The position numbers and the translations under genes are program-made. Below, one piece after another: positions 38,750-48,162 of a stretch of 64,000 nt of DNA (its first letter is position 1; each line of letters opens with the position of its first letter). The notes beneath the pieces were generated by a model. That model was not told the origin of the DNA. It saw only the letters and a list, made by a program, of their open reading frames with translations, and ran no database searches. Origin of the DNA: an uncultured bacterium (GTDB lineage Bacteria; Patescibacteriota; Minisyncoccia; UBA6257; 2-01-FULL-56-20); assembly GCA_963718575.1 (NCBI GenBank), contig OY970358.1:805528-869527 (forward strand). The letters run 5' to 3'.

Positions 38750-39991
38750 GTGCTAAAATTGGCCTATATGCGCCAATCTCAATTGTTCACGAAGACCGAG
38801 CGGAACGCGCCTAAGGACGAGGCGACGGTAAATGCCCAGCTTTTGGCGCGGGCGGGGTTTGTCTCCAAATTGATGGCGGGAGTGTACAGCTATCTGCCGC
38901 TCGGTCTTCGGGTGTTGAACAATATAGAGAATATCGTCCGCGAGGAAATGGACGCCGTCGGCGGCCAGGAAATTTCCATGCCAATGATCCACCCGAAGAG
39001 CATCTGGGCGACGACCGGCGGTTGGGACAAGATCGACGTGCTCTTCAAGGTAAAGAGTCGCACGGAAAAAGAATATGCGCTCGGACAGAGCGAGGAAGAA
39101 GTTGTGACGCCGCTTGTCATGAAATACGTGAATACCTATAAAGATCTTCCGAAGGCGGTGTATCAGATTAATTGGAAATTCCGTGATGAGCTTCGCTCGA
39201 AGTCGGGCTTGATGCGTGGCGTGGAATTCTTGATGAAGGATATGTACAGTTTCCACGAGACGCAGGAAGACTTTGATCGGTTCTATGCGGAGATGAAGAA
39301 GGCGTATCTGCGCGTGTACGGGCGGATGGGGCTTGTGGCGAAGGCCACGGAGGCGTCCGGCGGCGCATTCACGGAAAAGGTTTCGTATGAATTCATGGTG
39401 CTCACGGACGCCGGCGAGGATGATATTTTATATTGCGACGCATGTGATTTTTGCGTGAACGTGGAGATCGCAAAAGAGAAGGAGGGCGAGAAATGCACGC
39501 GATGTGACAAAGGCAAACTTGCAAAGGCGCGCGCGTCGGAGGTGGGTAATGTCTTTGATCTCGGGCAAAAATTCGCCAAGGATTTTGATGTGACCTATGC
39601 GGACAAGGACGGCAAGCGGCAGTATCCGGTCATGGGGTGTTTTGGCATCGGCATCTCGCGGGCGATGGGCGTGATCGTTGAGAAGTATAACGACGAGCGC
39701 GGTATCATCTGGCCGGAATCGGTTGCGCCGTTCGCGGTACATTTGCTCGCACTTGGCGGTGCGGATGGCGAAAAAATCTACGATTCTTTACAAAAAGCGG
39801 GCATCAAAGTACTCTATGACGATAGGGAAATGTCCGCGGGCGAGAAATTCGCGGAGGCCGATCTGATCGGTATTCCCTGGAGGATTGTGGTGAGCGCCAA
39901 GCTCGGCGGTCAGGTGGAGATCAAGCGCCGGACCGAAAAGGAGCCTCAAATCGTGGACTTGAACGAAGCGCTGGCACTCATTAAAAAATAA
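38750..39991 (+). CDS. proS: Proline--tRNA ligase (short form without editing domain)
   Basis: Class II motifs (FRDELRSKSGLMRGVEF; GCFGIGISR) and a C-terminal anticodon-binding domain. Confidence 0.9.
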   Translation: MLKLAYMRQSQLFTKTERNAPKDEATVNAQLLARAGFVSKLMAGVYSYLPLGLRVLNNIENIVREEMDAVGGQEISMPMIHPKSIWATTGGWDKIDVLFKVKSRTEKEYALGQSEEEVVTPLVMKYVNTYKDLPKAVYQINWKFRDELRSKSGLMRGVEFLMKDMYSFHETQEDFDRFYAEMKKAYLRVYGRMGLVAKATEASGGAFTEKVSYEFMVLTDAGEDDILYCDACDFCVNVEIAKEKEGEKCTRCDKGKLAKARASEVGNVFDLGQKFAKDFDVTYADKDGKRQYPVMGCFGIGISRAMGVIVEKYNDERGIIWPESVAPFAVHLLALGGADGEKIYDSLQKAGIKVLYDDREMSAGEKFAEADLIGIPWRIVVSAKLGGQVEIKRRTEKEPQIVDLNEALALIKK

Positions 39992-40013
39992 TTAACATAC
40001 TCAGCGGACAACA

Positions 40014-41057
40014 ATGGCACTCTTCGACAATGTTTTCAAAGACATCGGTATTGACCTCGGCACGGCGAACTCTCTTATTTATTTGAAACACAAAGGCATC
40101 GTGGTGAACGAGCCGTCCGTTGCGGCGATCAATACGAAGACAAACCATGTGCTCGCGGTCGGCGATGAGGCGAAAAAAATGCTGGGCCGCGTGCCGCCGC
40201 ACATCAACGTGGTGCGTCCGCTCGTGAACGGCGTGATCTCCGATTTTGAGATGACCGAAGAGATGCTTCGCCATTTGCTCAGCCGTCCGAAGGCGAGTCC
40301 GATCATGTCGTATCGCCGCGCGATCCTTGCGATCCCGAACAATCTTACGGAAGTGGAGCGGAAGTCCGTGGAGGATGCGGCGCTGAACGCCGGTTGCTCG
40401 AAGGTATATCTCGTGGAATCGCCGACGGCGGCAGCGCTCGGCGCCGGGTTGCCGATCATGACGCCGTCGGCGAGCATGATCATCGACATCGGCGGCGGCA
40501 CAACGGACATCGCGGTCATCTCGCTCGGCGGTACCGTTGTCTCGCGCACGCTCAAGGTGGCGGGGGACAAGTTCAACGAGGATATCATCCGCTATGTGCG
40601 CGACGAGTTTCATCTTGCGATCGGCGAGCCGACGGCGGAGTTCGCCAAGATCGCGGTCGGTTCCGCGATCCCGCTCGACGAGCGCATGGAGGTGCCGATC
40701 CGCGGCCGCGATTATACGACCGGCCTGCCGCGCGAGGTTGGCATGAAGAACAATCATGTCCGCATGGCGATCGCAAAATCGCTTCGCCAGATCATCGATT
40801 CGGTGCACGAGGTGATCGAGGAAACGCCGCCGGAACTGGCGGGCGACGTCCTGCGCGGCGGCATCGTGATGTGCGGCGGCGGCGCGCTTTTGCGCGGCCT
40901 CGATGAATTGCTTGAAAAGGAGACCGGCGTCACCGTGACCGTGGCCGACGATCCGCTGACGTGCGTGGTGCGCGGACTGGGCCAGATGGTGGACGATTTC
41001 GACGCACATCGCGAACTGCTCGACAATCCCCTGAAGCCGCTCTATATCAATCTCTAA
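40014..41057 (+). CDS. mreB: Rod-shape determining protein MreB
   Basis: IGIDLGTANS and the actin fold; 347 aa. Confidence 0.95.
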   Translation: MALFDNVFKDIGIDLGTANSLIYLKHKGIVVNEPSVAAINTKTNHVLAVGDEAKKMLGRVPPHINVVRPLVNGVISDFEMTEEMLRHLLSRPKASPIMSYRRAILAIPNNLTEVERKSVEDAALNAGCSKVYLVESPTAAALGAGLPIMTPSASMIIDIGGGTTDIAVISLGGTVVSRTLKVAGDKFNEDIIRYVRDEFHLAIGEPTAEFAKIAVGSAIPLDERMEVPIRGRDYTTGLPREVGMKNNHVRMAIAKSLRQIIDSVHEVIEETPPELAGDVLRGGIVMCGGGALLRGLDELLEKETGVTVTVADDPLTCVVRGLGQMVDDFDAHRELLDNPLKPLYINL

Positions 41058-41072
41058 TGGCATCAATCTGCA

Positions 41073-41799
41073 ATGGGGCGACAGCGCATCTCGAATAATC
41101 ATTGGGTCTCCGCCGCGCTCATCGTCATCCTTGCCGGTATTGTTTTTTTTGCGCCCTCGTATGGATGGAAGATTGCGCGCGTGGTTGAGCCCGGCGCTCG
41201 GCGGTCCGGCCGCCCTGCAGAACGGCGCGGACTCACCGATGTCTCCGACGGATGGTCAGATGCCGGCGCTCGCTGCGGAGAATGATGCGCTTCAGGCGCA
41301 GCTTGCGCAGTTGCAGGTGGTCGCATCACAGCTGCCAACCTCGTCGGCAAACGAGATCCGTGCGATGGTATATTCCCGTTATCCGATGAACTTCAGGAAC
41401 GAGCTTTTGGTGAACGCCGGGTCAGAGAACGGCGTCACGAACGGCGATGCGGTCGTATTTCAGGGGATGCTGATCGGCCAGGTGATGACGGTGTTCGGAG
41501 AACAGTCGCTTGTTCAGACAATTTTCGATAACGACATCAGGATGCCGGTGCGGATCGGCTCCGGCGGGGTAAACGGACTGTTGCAGGGCGGTTCGTACCC
41601 GATCGTCGGATCGATCGCGAGCAATGCGCCGATCGATCCAAACGCCATCGTCTATTCCGCCGCGCCGGGCATCCCGTACGCGATACCGATCGCGCAGGTG
41701 GTTGCCACGAGCACGTCGCCGGACAGTTTGTTTCAGCAGGCGACGCTCGATTTCCCCTACGACGTGAACAATATTGAAACGGTCCTTATCGTGCAATAA
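41073..41799 (+). CDS. mreC: MreC with apparent frameshift inside a T8 homopolymer (41143-41150)
   Basis: Frame 0 has the transmembrane segment MGRQ...ILAGIVFF. Frame 1 has a coiled coil (ENDALQAQLAQLQV) and a beta domain. The switch falls at the T8 run. Confidence 0.75.
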
Positions 41800-41800
41800 T

Positions 41801-42238
41801 ATGCGATTACGATTCATCCTCGCCATCCTTATCCTTCTTCTCGCGTGCGCATTGCAATTCTGGTTTGCATCTGCGGGAACGTTCGTCAATTTCATTCTCG
41901 CCACGCTCATCGTATTCGCGTTCTTTTTCGATATTTGGGAACTGATCGTATTCATCCTTTTTGCGATTCTCGTGATCAACTGGCAACCGGCAATAAGCGT
42001 CGATGTCTTTGTTTTCGGCATCATTCCCGTCGCGGCGTACGCATTCCATAAGGTGTTTGCGTGGACGCCATGGGTGGCGGCCCCCGTTGCGATCGTCTGC
42101 GGATTTTTTCTGCTCTATCTTTCCATCGCGCCAGTGGCATTTCTTACCGACTGGTCGTTGTTCCTAATGGACATATTCGGCGGCCTGGTATTCGGCGGCC
42201 TGGTATTCTTCACGCTCGATCGGCTGAAGACGCAATAA
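41801..42238 (+). CDS. mreD: MreD-like polytopic membrane protein
   Basis: Four or five transmembrane helices in the conserved position after mreC. A 15-nt tandem duplication gives GGLVFGGLVF. Confidence 0.6.
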   Translation: MRLRFILAILILLLACALQFWFASAGTFVNFILATLIVFAFFFDIWELIVFILFAILVINWQPAISVDVFVFGIIPVAAYAFHKVFAWTPWVAAPVAIVCGFFLLYLSIAPVAFLTDWSLFLMDIFGGLVFGGLVFFTLDRLKTQ

Positions 42239-42245
42239 TGTTTCC

Positions 42246-44150
42246 ATGAAAAGAAAGCCGGATATCCCATTTGAGGATTCATTGAACGACGACTGGGGGC
42301 ACGATCTTGATATGGTGGAGGTGCCATTCGGATCCCGCCCGCTCATCGTGCTCGGCGTGATCATCATTTGCATCGCGCTCGTCATCATCGGCCGCGTGGC
42401 GTATTTGAACATGGCGGGCGGGGCATATTACGCCGCGCGGGCGGAGGATAACGCGGAAGCTGTCGCAGGCGACGCCCGCGCCGCGCGGCATCATCTACGA
42501 CGCCGAGGGTGATCCGCTGGTGCAGAACAAGGCGGTGTTCGACGCGGTGCTCAATGCGAATCTGTTCATCTCGAACCCAGGAATGCAGAGTTCGACGCTT
42601 GCCGCAGCGCAAACTATCCTCGGCGTTCCGTCATCCACCGTGTGGTCGCTCCTGAGCGAGAGCGAGGCACAGGATTTTTCCACGCCAGTGGTGCTCGCGC
42701 AAGACATCGACCAATCACAGCTCGTGGACATTCAGGCGCTCGGTTCGTCCACGATACAGATCCAGAGCGACTTTGAGCGATATTATCCGAACGGTCCGAT
42801 ATTTTCTTCGGTCGTGGGATACGTCGGCCGCGTGAGCGAGGCCGATCTCACGGGCGATGCAAAGCTCACCGCCGAGGATTTCGTGGGAAAGAGCGGCATC
42901 GAGGAGGAATATGACACGGTTTTGCAGGGAACGCCCGGCGTTGATATCAAATTCACCGACGCGCAAGGGAAGGTGCTCGGCGAAGAACAGCAGTCCATGT
43001 CCACCATCGGATCATCCGTACATCTTACGATCGACGGAGGATTGCAGACTGAGATCTACGACAGTATCCAGCAGGAGCTTGCGGTGCTCGGCCGGCAGGT
43101 CGGCGTCGGGCTTGCGATCGATCCGCAGACCGGCGCGGTGCTCTCGCTCGTCAACTTGCCGGGGTTCGACAATAATGCGTTCGAGTCGCCGGCAAGCAGC
43201 AGTGCGGAGATCGAAAACTATCTCACATCGCCGGATAAGCCGCTCTTTGACCGCGTCGTTTTGGTCAGTATCAGCCGGGTTCGACAATCAAGCCGCTTGA
43301 TGGCGTTGCGGCACTGAAGGAGGGGATTATCACGCCGGATCAGGAATTGTATTCGCCCGGTTATCTCATGGTGCCTGATCCTTATGATTCATCGACGCCG
43401 ACGAGGTACGCGGATTGGGAATCTCACGGGTATATTGATCTCGCATCCGCGCTCGCGCAATCGTCCGACGTGTATTTTTATATCGTCGGCGGGGGATCGC
43501 CCGAGTACACCACGCCCCCGCTCAACAATCCGGTGGATTACGGCGTGAAAGGGTTGGGCGCAAACGAGTTATATGATTGGTGGACCACGTTTGGTCTTGG
43601 GAAAAAGACGGGCATCGATCTGCCGAACGAAGCCGCCGGATTCTTACCGACGCCCGCATGGTGGAGCACTGTCTCCACCCGTCCGTGGTCGCTTGGCGAC
43701 ACCTACAACGTCTCCATTGGGCAGGGCTCGCTTGCCGTCACGCCGATCCAGCTTCTGAGCTACATTGATGCGATCGCGAACGGCGGAAAGATCTATAAGC
43801 CATTTTTGAATGCCAGCACGACCCCGGTCGTGAGCGAGGATCTCACCGACCTTTTGCCGGAGATCCAGCAGGTGCAACAGGGGATGCTCGAGACGGTGGC
43901 CGACCCGCGCGGCACCGCATACACGATGGACGACCTTCCCGCACAGGCGTGCGCAAAGACCGGCAGCGCGCAGGTACAGAACAACCAGGAGGAGAACGCG
44001 CTCTTCGTCGGCTACTTCCCGTGCACCGATCCGCAGGTCGCATTGCTTATCCTTATTGAAAATTCCAAACAGGGAAGTCTTAACGCTGTCCCCATCGCAA
44101 AAAATGTGTTCGATTGGTACTACGAAAACAGAATGGCGGTCAGCAAATAG
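42246..44150 (+). CDS. mrdA: Penicillin-binding protein 2 (MrdA) broken by two apparent frameshifts (about 42460 and 43263)
   Basis: Three ORFs (42246, 42520, 43347) in consecutive frames together make a PBP2. The second junction restores PGSTIKP (SxxK), and KTGSA appears later. Confidence 0.8.
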
Positions 44151-44191
44151 CTGCACCGTGCAGCTATTTGCGGGCATGGTATCATATTTTT

Positions 44192-45181
44192 ATGAGCGAA
44201 TTGCGACAAGATTTAACCTCGGGCGATTGGGTATTATTGGCGCCGGGGCGCGCTGCGCGGCCGAAATTTTTAGACAAGAAAAAACCGGCGCGCAAACCGA
44301 CGCCAAAAAACAGGTGTCCGTTCGAGGATCTTAAAAAATCCGGTAATTGGCCGCCGATACTCGCCCTTCCAAACGAGAAACAATGGGAGATCGCGGTCAT
44401 CCCCAATAAATATCCTGCGCTCGAGCGCGGGGCGGTATGCTCTGTGCCGTTCCGCCAAGGCATCTATCATGCGCGCACCGCGGTGGGGACGCACAACCTG
44501 ATCGTCACCCGCGATCACAATAAACATTTCATTGACCTCAGCGGGTCGGAAGTGGTAAAGCTGTTCGAGATATTCCAAGCGCTCCATTGTATGGCGGCGG
44601 ATGATAAATGCGCCGCATATGTTTCGTCGTTCTATAATTACGGCCCGGATGCCGGCGCGTCGGTCTGGCATCCGCATTATCAGATGCTCACGCTTCCGAT
44701 CATCCCGCCGCACAATGTCCGTTCGCTCCGCGGCACGAATGAATATTTCAAGAAATATGGGCGATGCGTGCGGTGTGACATCATAAAAGTGGAACAGAAA
44801 AAAAAGACGCGCGTTGTCATCGAGAATGAACATGCGATTGTTCTCGCGCCGTATGCCTCAAAGCGCCCGTTCGAAGTGACCGTGTTGCCAAAGAAGCACT
44901 GGGCCTCGTTCCGCGAGACGTCGCCTGCGGCAGTCCGTGATATCGCGCTCGCACTCCAGTCGGCACTGCAAAGGATGAAAAAATACGTGAACGACCCGGA
45001 TCTGAATTTCTTCATCCACGACACGCCGCTCGATCATAAGGATTATCGCCATCACCATTGGCATATCGAGGTGATCCCGCGAACCTCGTTCGAAGCAGGA
45101 TTCGAATTTTCCACCCGGATCGATATCAACGTCGTGGACCCTGATAACGCCGCCGCAATTTTGCGCGGAAAGAAAAAATAA
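44192..45181 (+). CDS. Galactose-1-phosphate uridylyltransferase-like (GalT/HIT-like)
   Basis: HPHYQ histidine motif, an N-terminal Cys/His zinc site (RCPFE) and a duplicated half-barrel. Confidence 0.7.
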   Translation: MSELRQDLTSGDWVLLAPGRAARPKFLDKKKPARKPTPKNRCPFEDLKKSGNWPPILALPNEKQWEIAVIPNKYPALERGAVCSVPFRQGIYHARTAVGTHNLIVTRDHNKHFIDLSGSEVVKLFEIFQALHCMAADDKCAAYVSSFYNYGPDAGASVWHPHYQMLTLPIIPPHNVRSLRGTNEYFKKYGRCVRCDIIKVEQKKKTRVVIENEHAIVLAPYASKRPFEVTVLPKKHWASFRETSPAAVRDIALALQSALQRMKKYVNDPDLNFFIHDTPLDHKDYRHHHWHIEVIPRTSFEAGFEFSTRIDINVVDPDNAAAILRGKKK

Positions 45182-45202
45182 CGCGCGGAGCATTTACTCG
45201 CC

Positions 45203-45547
45203 ATGATCGAAAAGATAAAAAAGTACCGCCTGGTCAGCCTGCTCTCGCTTGGTTCGCTCGCGCTCGCCGCCGGCGGATTCTTCTGGGCGCTCGGCGCGCT
45301 ATCCGGCGTCGCTTCCGGCCCGCTCATTTTACACTTCAACGATATGCAGGGAATCACGAGTATCGGGGGATTGAGCGATCTTATCCTGATGGGCATCCTC
45401 GGGATTGTCATCGTGGTCGTGAACTTTTTCATCGCACTGGACCTTGAGGCGCGTAACCCGGCGCTGGGGAAGATCGTCGCCGCGATGACGCTCATCATGG
45501 CGGTCTTGCTTTTTTTGGCCTTCGCGGCTATAATCAAAGTCAATTAA
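45203..45547 (+). CDS. Small membrane protein
   Basis: Three hydrophobic helices. Confidence 0.45.
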   Translation: MIEKIKKYRLVSLLSLGSLALAAGGFFWALGALSGVASGPLILHFNDMQGITSIGGLSDLILMGILGIVIVVVNFFIALDLEARNPALGKIVAAMTLIMAVLLFLAFAAIIKVN

Positions 45548-45562
45548 AAACGCATTACACCT

Positions 45563-45877
45563 ATGGCAAACGATTTCGCAGTAATTGAAACGGGCGGCAA
45601 GCAATACCGCGTCTCCGCCGGAACGAAGCTCAAGGTGGAAAAACTTGATGTAAACGCGGGGGATAAAGTGGTCTTTGATACCGTCCTTTTGACGTCCGTC
45701 GGCGACGCGGTCAAGGTAGGCGCGCCGTACGTGACGGGAGCCAAGACGGAGGCCAAAGTGCTTGGCGACGGCCGCGGCAAGAAGCAGATCATCTTCAAGT
45801 ATCACTCCAAGACCCGCGCGCGCAAGAAGAAGGGTCACAAGCAGGAATACACGGAGCTTGAGATCATCAAAATATAA
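45563..45877 (+). CDS. rplU: 50S ribosomal protein L21
   Basis: MANDFAVIETGGKQYRV... with a typical bL21 length. Confidence 0.9.
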   Translation: MANDFAVIETGGKQYRVSAGTKLKVEKLDVNAGDKVVFDTVLLTSVGDAVKVGAPYVTGAKTEAKVLGDGRGKKQIIFKYHSKTRARKKKGHKQEYTELEIIKI

Positions 45878-45937
45878 TGTCTAAAAACACCTCGGCGCGT
45901 GCCGGGTGTTTTGTTATGATATGGTACAATAAAGCAT

Positions 45938-46174
45938 ATGAACATATTAAATTCGGGGATGGCGTCGGGGTACGGGGTGCTGTTTGGCCCATGGCTGATA
46001 ATACTCGTTCTTTGGAGCTTATTTTGGAAAGGTCTCGCGTTGTGGCATTCCGGCCGTCGCGGCCAGCCGTGGTGGTTTGTGGTCATGCTCATCGTGAATA
46101 CCATCGGCATTCTGGAGATCATTTATTTGTTTGCGGTGTGCAAGTTGAAGTTCTCGGAATTGTTCAAGAAATAG
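45938..46174 (+). CDS. Small membrane protein
   Basis: Two transmembrane helices and Trp-rich. Confidence 0.4.
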   Translation: MNILNSGMASGYGVLFGPWLIILVLWSLFWKGLALWHSGRRGQPWWFVVMLIVNTIGILEIIYLFAVCKLKFSELFKK

Positions 46175-46184
46175 AATTTCCCGT

Positions 46185-46222
46185 AAAAAATATCACAGAA
46201 TTAAATTCTGTGATATTTTTTT
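46185..46222. terminator. Bidirectional terminator (11-bp perfect stem TATCACAGAAT/ATTCTGTGATA, A6/T7 flanks)
   Basis: Lies between convergent genes. Confidence 0.75.
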
Positions 46223-46226
46223 ATAT

Positions 46227-47711
46227 TTAATTTATATCAAACACATCCGCGCCCGGCGTTCCGGCGGGAATCTCATTGTCTGATTTGGCAGTAAGTAGTG
46301 GATGTTCGCCTTCGCCGCATCGGCGGTGGTGAACGAGTGCGTGATGAACATCGTCGTCTCGGCCGGCACAGGGATTCCGCGCGCGAGGACGCCACCGGCG
46401 TTCACGACCACGTACTTCGGGCGTGCTCGCGGGGAGCGCGTTGATCTCCTGGCCGATTGTCACATAGTTTGCGCTGAACGCGCCGGGGACGTTGGGATTC
46501 TGCGCCCACACGATGAAGTAGTCGTAGTAGCCCCAGCCGGCGACGACGATGATGAAGGCGACGGCAAGCGATTTGGCCCACGCAGCGTTCCAGTGTTTTT
46601 CGATGATACGATAGAGCCATACGCCGCCGAGCGTGGCGAAGATCAGCGCCGGCGCGAGCGCGAGAATGGAGCGCAACGCGTGGGGGATGCCTTCGTCCGA
46701 CGCCGCGGCGGGCAGGATGCCGAAGATCAGCCACGCGAACGTGAGCAGGATGCCGAACTGCGGAAATAACTTTTCGTTTTCCGCGGTGATATATTTTTTA
46801 CGCGCACGCTGGACAATGAAATAGATCGAGAGCACGATGCCGATCAGGAACAATATCCCGACGGGCCAGAAGAGCTCCGGCGCGCCGCTCACGTTCTGCC
46901 GCCAGTTATAATCGCCGTGATAATTGAACATCAATGCTTCTTTCACGATGTTGACCGCAAGGTCGTGAACCGGGTTTGCCGCGCTCGTGACGCTGATCTC
47001 CGCGGTGCGGCCAAAAAAGCTGCCGGGGACGGTGGCGAAGTACCATCCGAGCGGCGCGGCGACGATGAACGTGACGACGATGAACAACGCCGTGCGTTTC
47101 CAAAATCCGGTCAGTGTATAGAAGAACGGAATGAAGAGTAAAAAGAGGATCGGCGTAACGCGGTAGGCGATGTACGTGTAGAATCCCAGGCCGTAGACGA
47201 TGCCGGCGAGCGCGGCGAATACAAGCCCGGTGCGGCCGCGAGCGGAGCGGAACGCTTTCACGAGCAGCCATAGCGTGAAGACGAGCGCGAGCGGCGCGAG
47301 GATCGCGCGGAAGCCGATGCGTGAAAAAATAATACCCCAGAAGCTCGTGGCGAGCAGGAATGCGGCGAGCAACCCCGGGCCGTTGCCGAAGAGTTCGGCG
47401 ACGAGGAGGTACAGGCCCCAGACCGTCAGCACGCCGGCGACGGCCGCAGGCAGGCGGATGATCCACGGCTCATAGACCGGCCATACTTTAAGGATCACCG
47501 CGATGATGTTTACGTACAACCCTTCGCGGCCGTTGTCTTCGGGATAGAATACTTGGAAATGGTTCGTCTCCGCGACTTCTACGGCGTTATTCCCGTCCAT
47601 CGCTTCGTCCGGGTAGAGTCCGGGCGGTGTCGTTGTAAAATGGTAGAAGCGGAGGAAGATTGCTATAATCAAGATGCCGAACAAAAGAACGTTCCGCTGA
47701 GTTTTTGACAT
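46227..47711 (-). CDS. GT39/ArnT-PMT-like glycosyltransferase (apparent frameshift near 46410 in C-terminal region)
   Basis: Polytopic. YPDEAMDGNNA... luminal-loop motif, with a DE-like N-terminal loop. The C-terminal 60 aa or so look out of frame; the alternate frame reads KYVVVNAGGVLARGIPVP. Confidence 0.75.
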   Translation of the reverse strand: MSKTQRNVLLFGILIIAIFLRFYHFTTTPPGLYPDEAMDGNNAVEVAETNHFQVFYPEDNGREGLYVNIIAVILKVWPVYEPWIIRLPAAVAGVLTVWGLYLLVAELFGNGPGLLAAFLLATSFWGIIFSRIGFRAILAPLALVFTLWLLVKAFRSARGRTGLVFAALAGIVYGLGFYTYIAYRVTPILFLLFIPFFYTLTGFWKRTALFIVVTFIVAAPLGWYFATVPGSFFGRTAEISVTSAANPVHDLAVNIVKEALMFNYHGDYNWRQNVSGAPELFWPVGILFLIGIVLSIYFIVQRARKKYITAENEKLFPQFGILLTFAWLIFGILPAAASDEGIPHALRSILALAPALIFATLGGVWLYRIIEKHWNAAWAKSLAVAFIIVVAGWGYYDYFIVWAQNPNVPGAFSANYVTIGQEINALPASTPEVRGRERRWRPRARNPCAGRDDDVHHALVHHRRCGEGEHPLLTAKSDNEIPAGTPGADVFDIN

Positions 47712-47731
47712 TACTTCTATTATATCAAAAT

Positions 47732-48153
47732 GGATCCATCACCATCATTCGAACAGGCATTGGAGGCGGATATGAGGACGCTTGCGGCGGAGATTCATCG
47801 CACGGCCGGAAATGAAGGACGTGAAGAACGCGGAAGGGTTGGACGCCGTGAAGGAAGCCATCCGCGCGTTTCCGCAGTTGAGCCATGAGACTCCGGGCGG
47901 CAACGGTACGCCCGCTGCGGCAACGGACGGAACGCAGGCGTTCGCGAACAGTCCGCTGCCCGCATATGCGCAAAACGCCGCTCCGGAAGTGCGCTTGGAA
48001 ATAGAATATCTGCTCGACATCGCTCTGCAAAAAGGGGTCGGCCCGGCGCTCGCCGAATCCGCAAAGTCGCCGTACTTCGTGCAGGACGCGTTCCATGACG
48101 CGCTCGCGGGGAAATTATATCCGGAGCTACAGAAGCGGGGCTTAATGAAGTAG
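47732..48153 (+). CDS. Hypothetical protein (apparent frameshift near 47800)
   Basis: MDPSPSFEQALEADMRTLAAEIHRTAG in one frame continues as MKDVKNAEGLDAVKEAIRAF... in the next. Confidence 0.4.
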
Positions 48154-48162
48154 TAACATACT

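Noticed and set aside
42182-42208. 15-nt tandem duplication (GGCCTGGTATTCGGC x2) in mreD as a regulatory repeat
   Set aside because: It is an in-frame duplication giving GGLVFGGLVF in a transmembrane segment, most simply a small slippage duplication within coding sequence.
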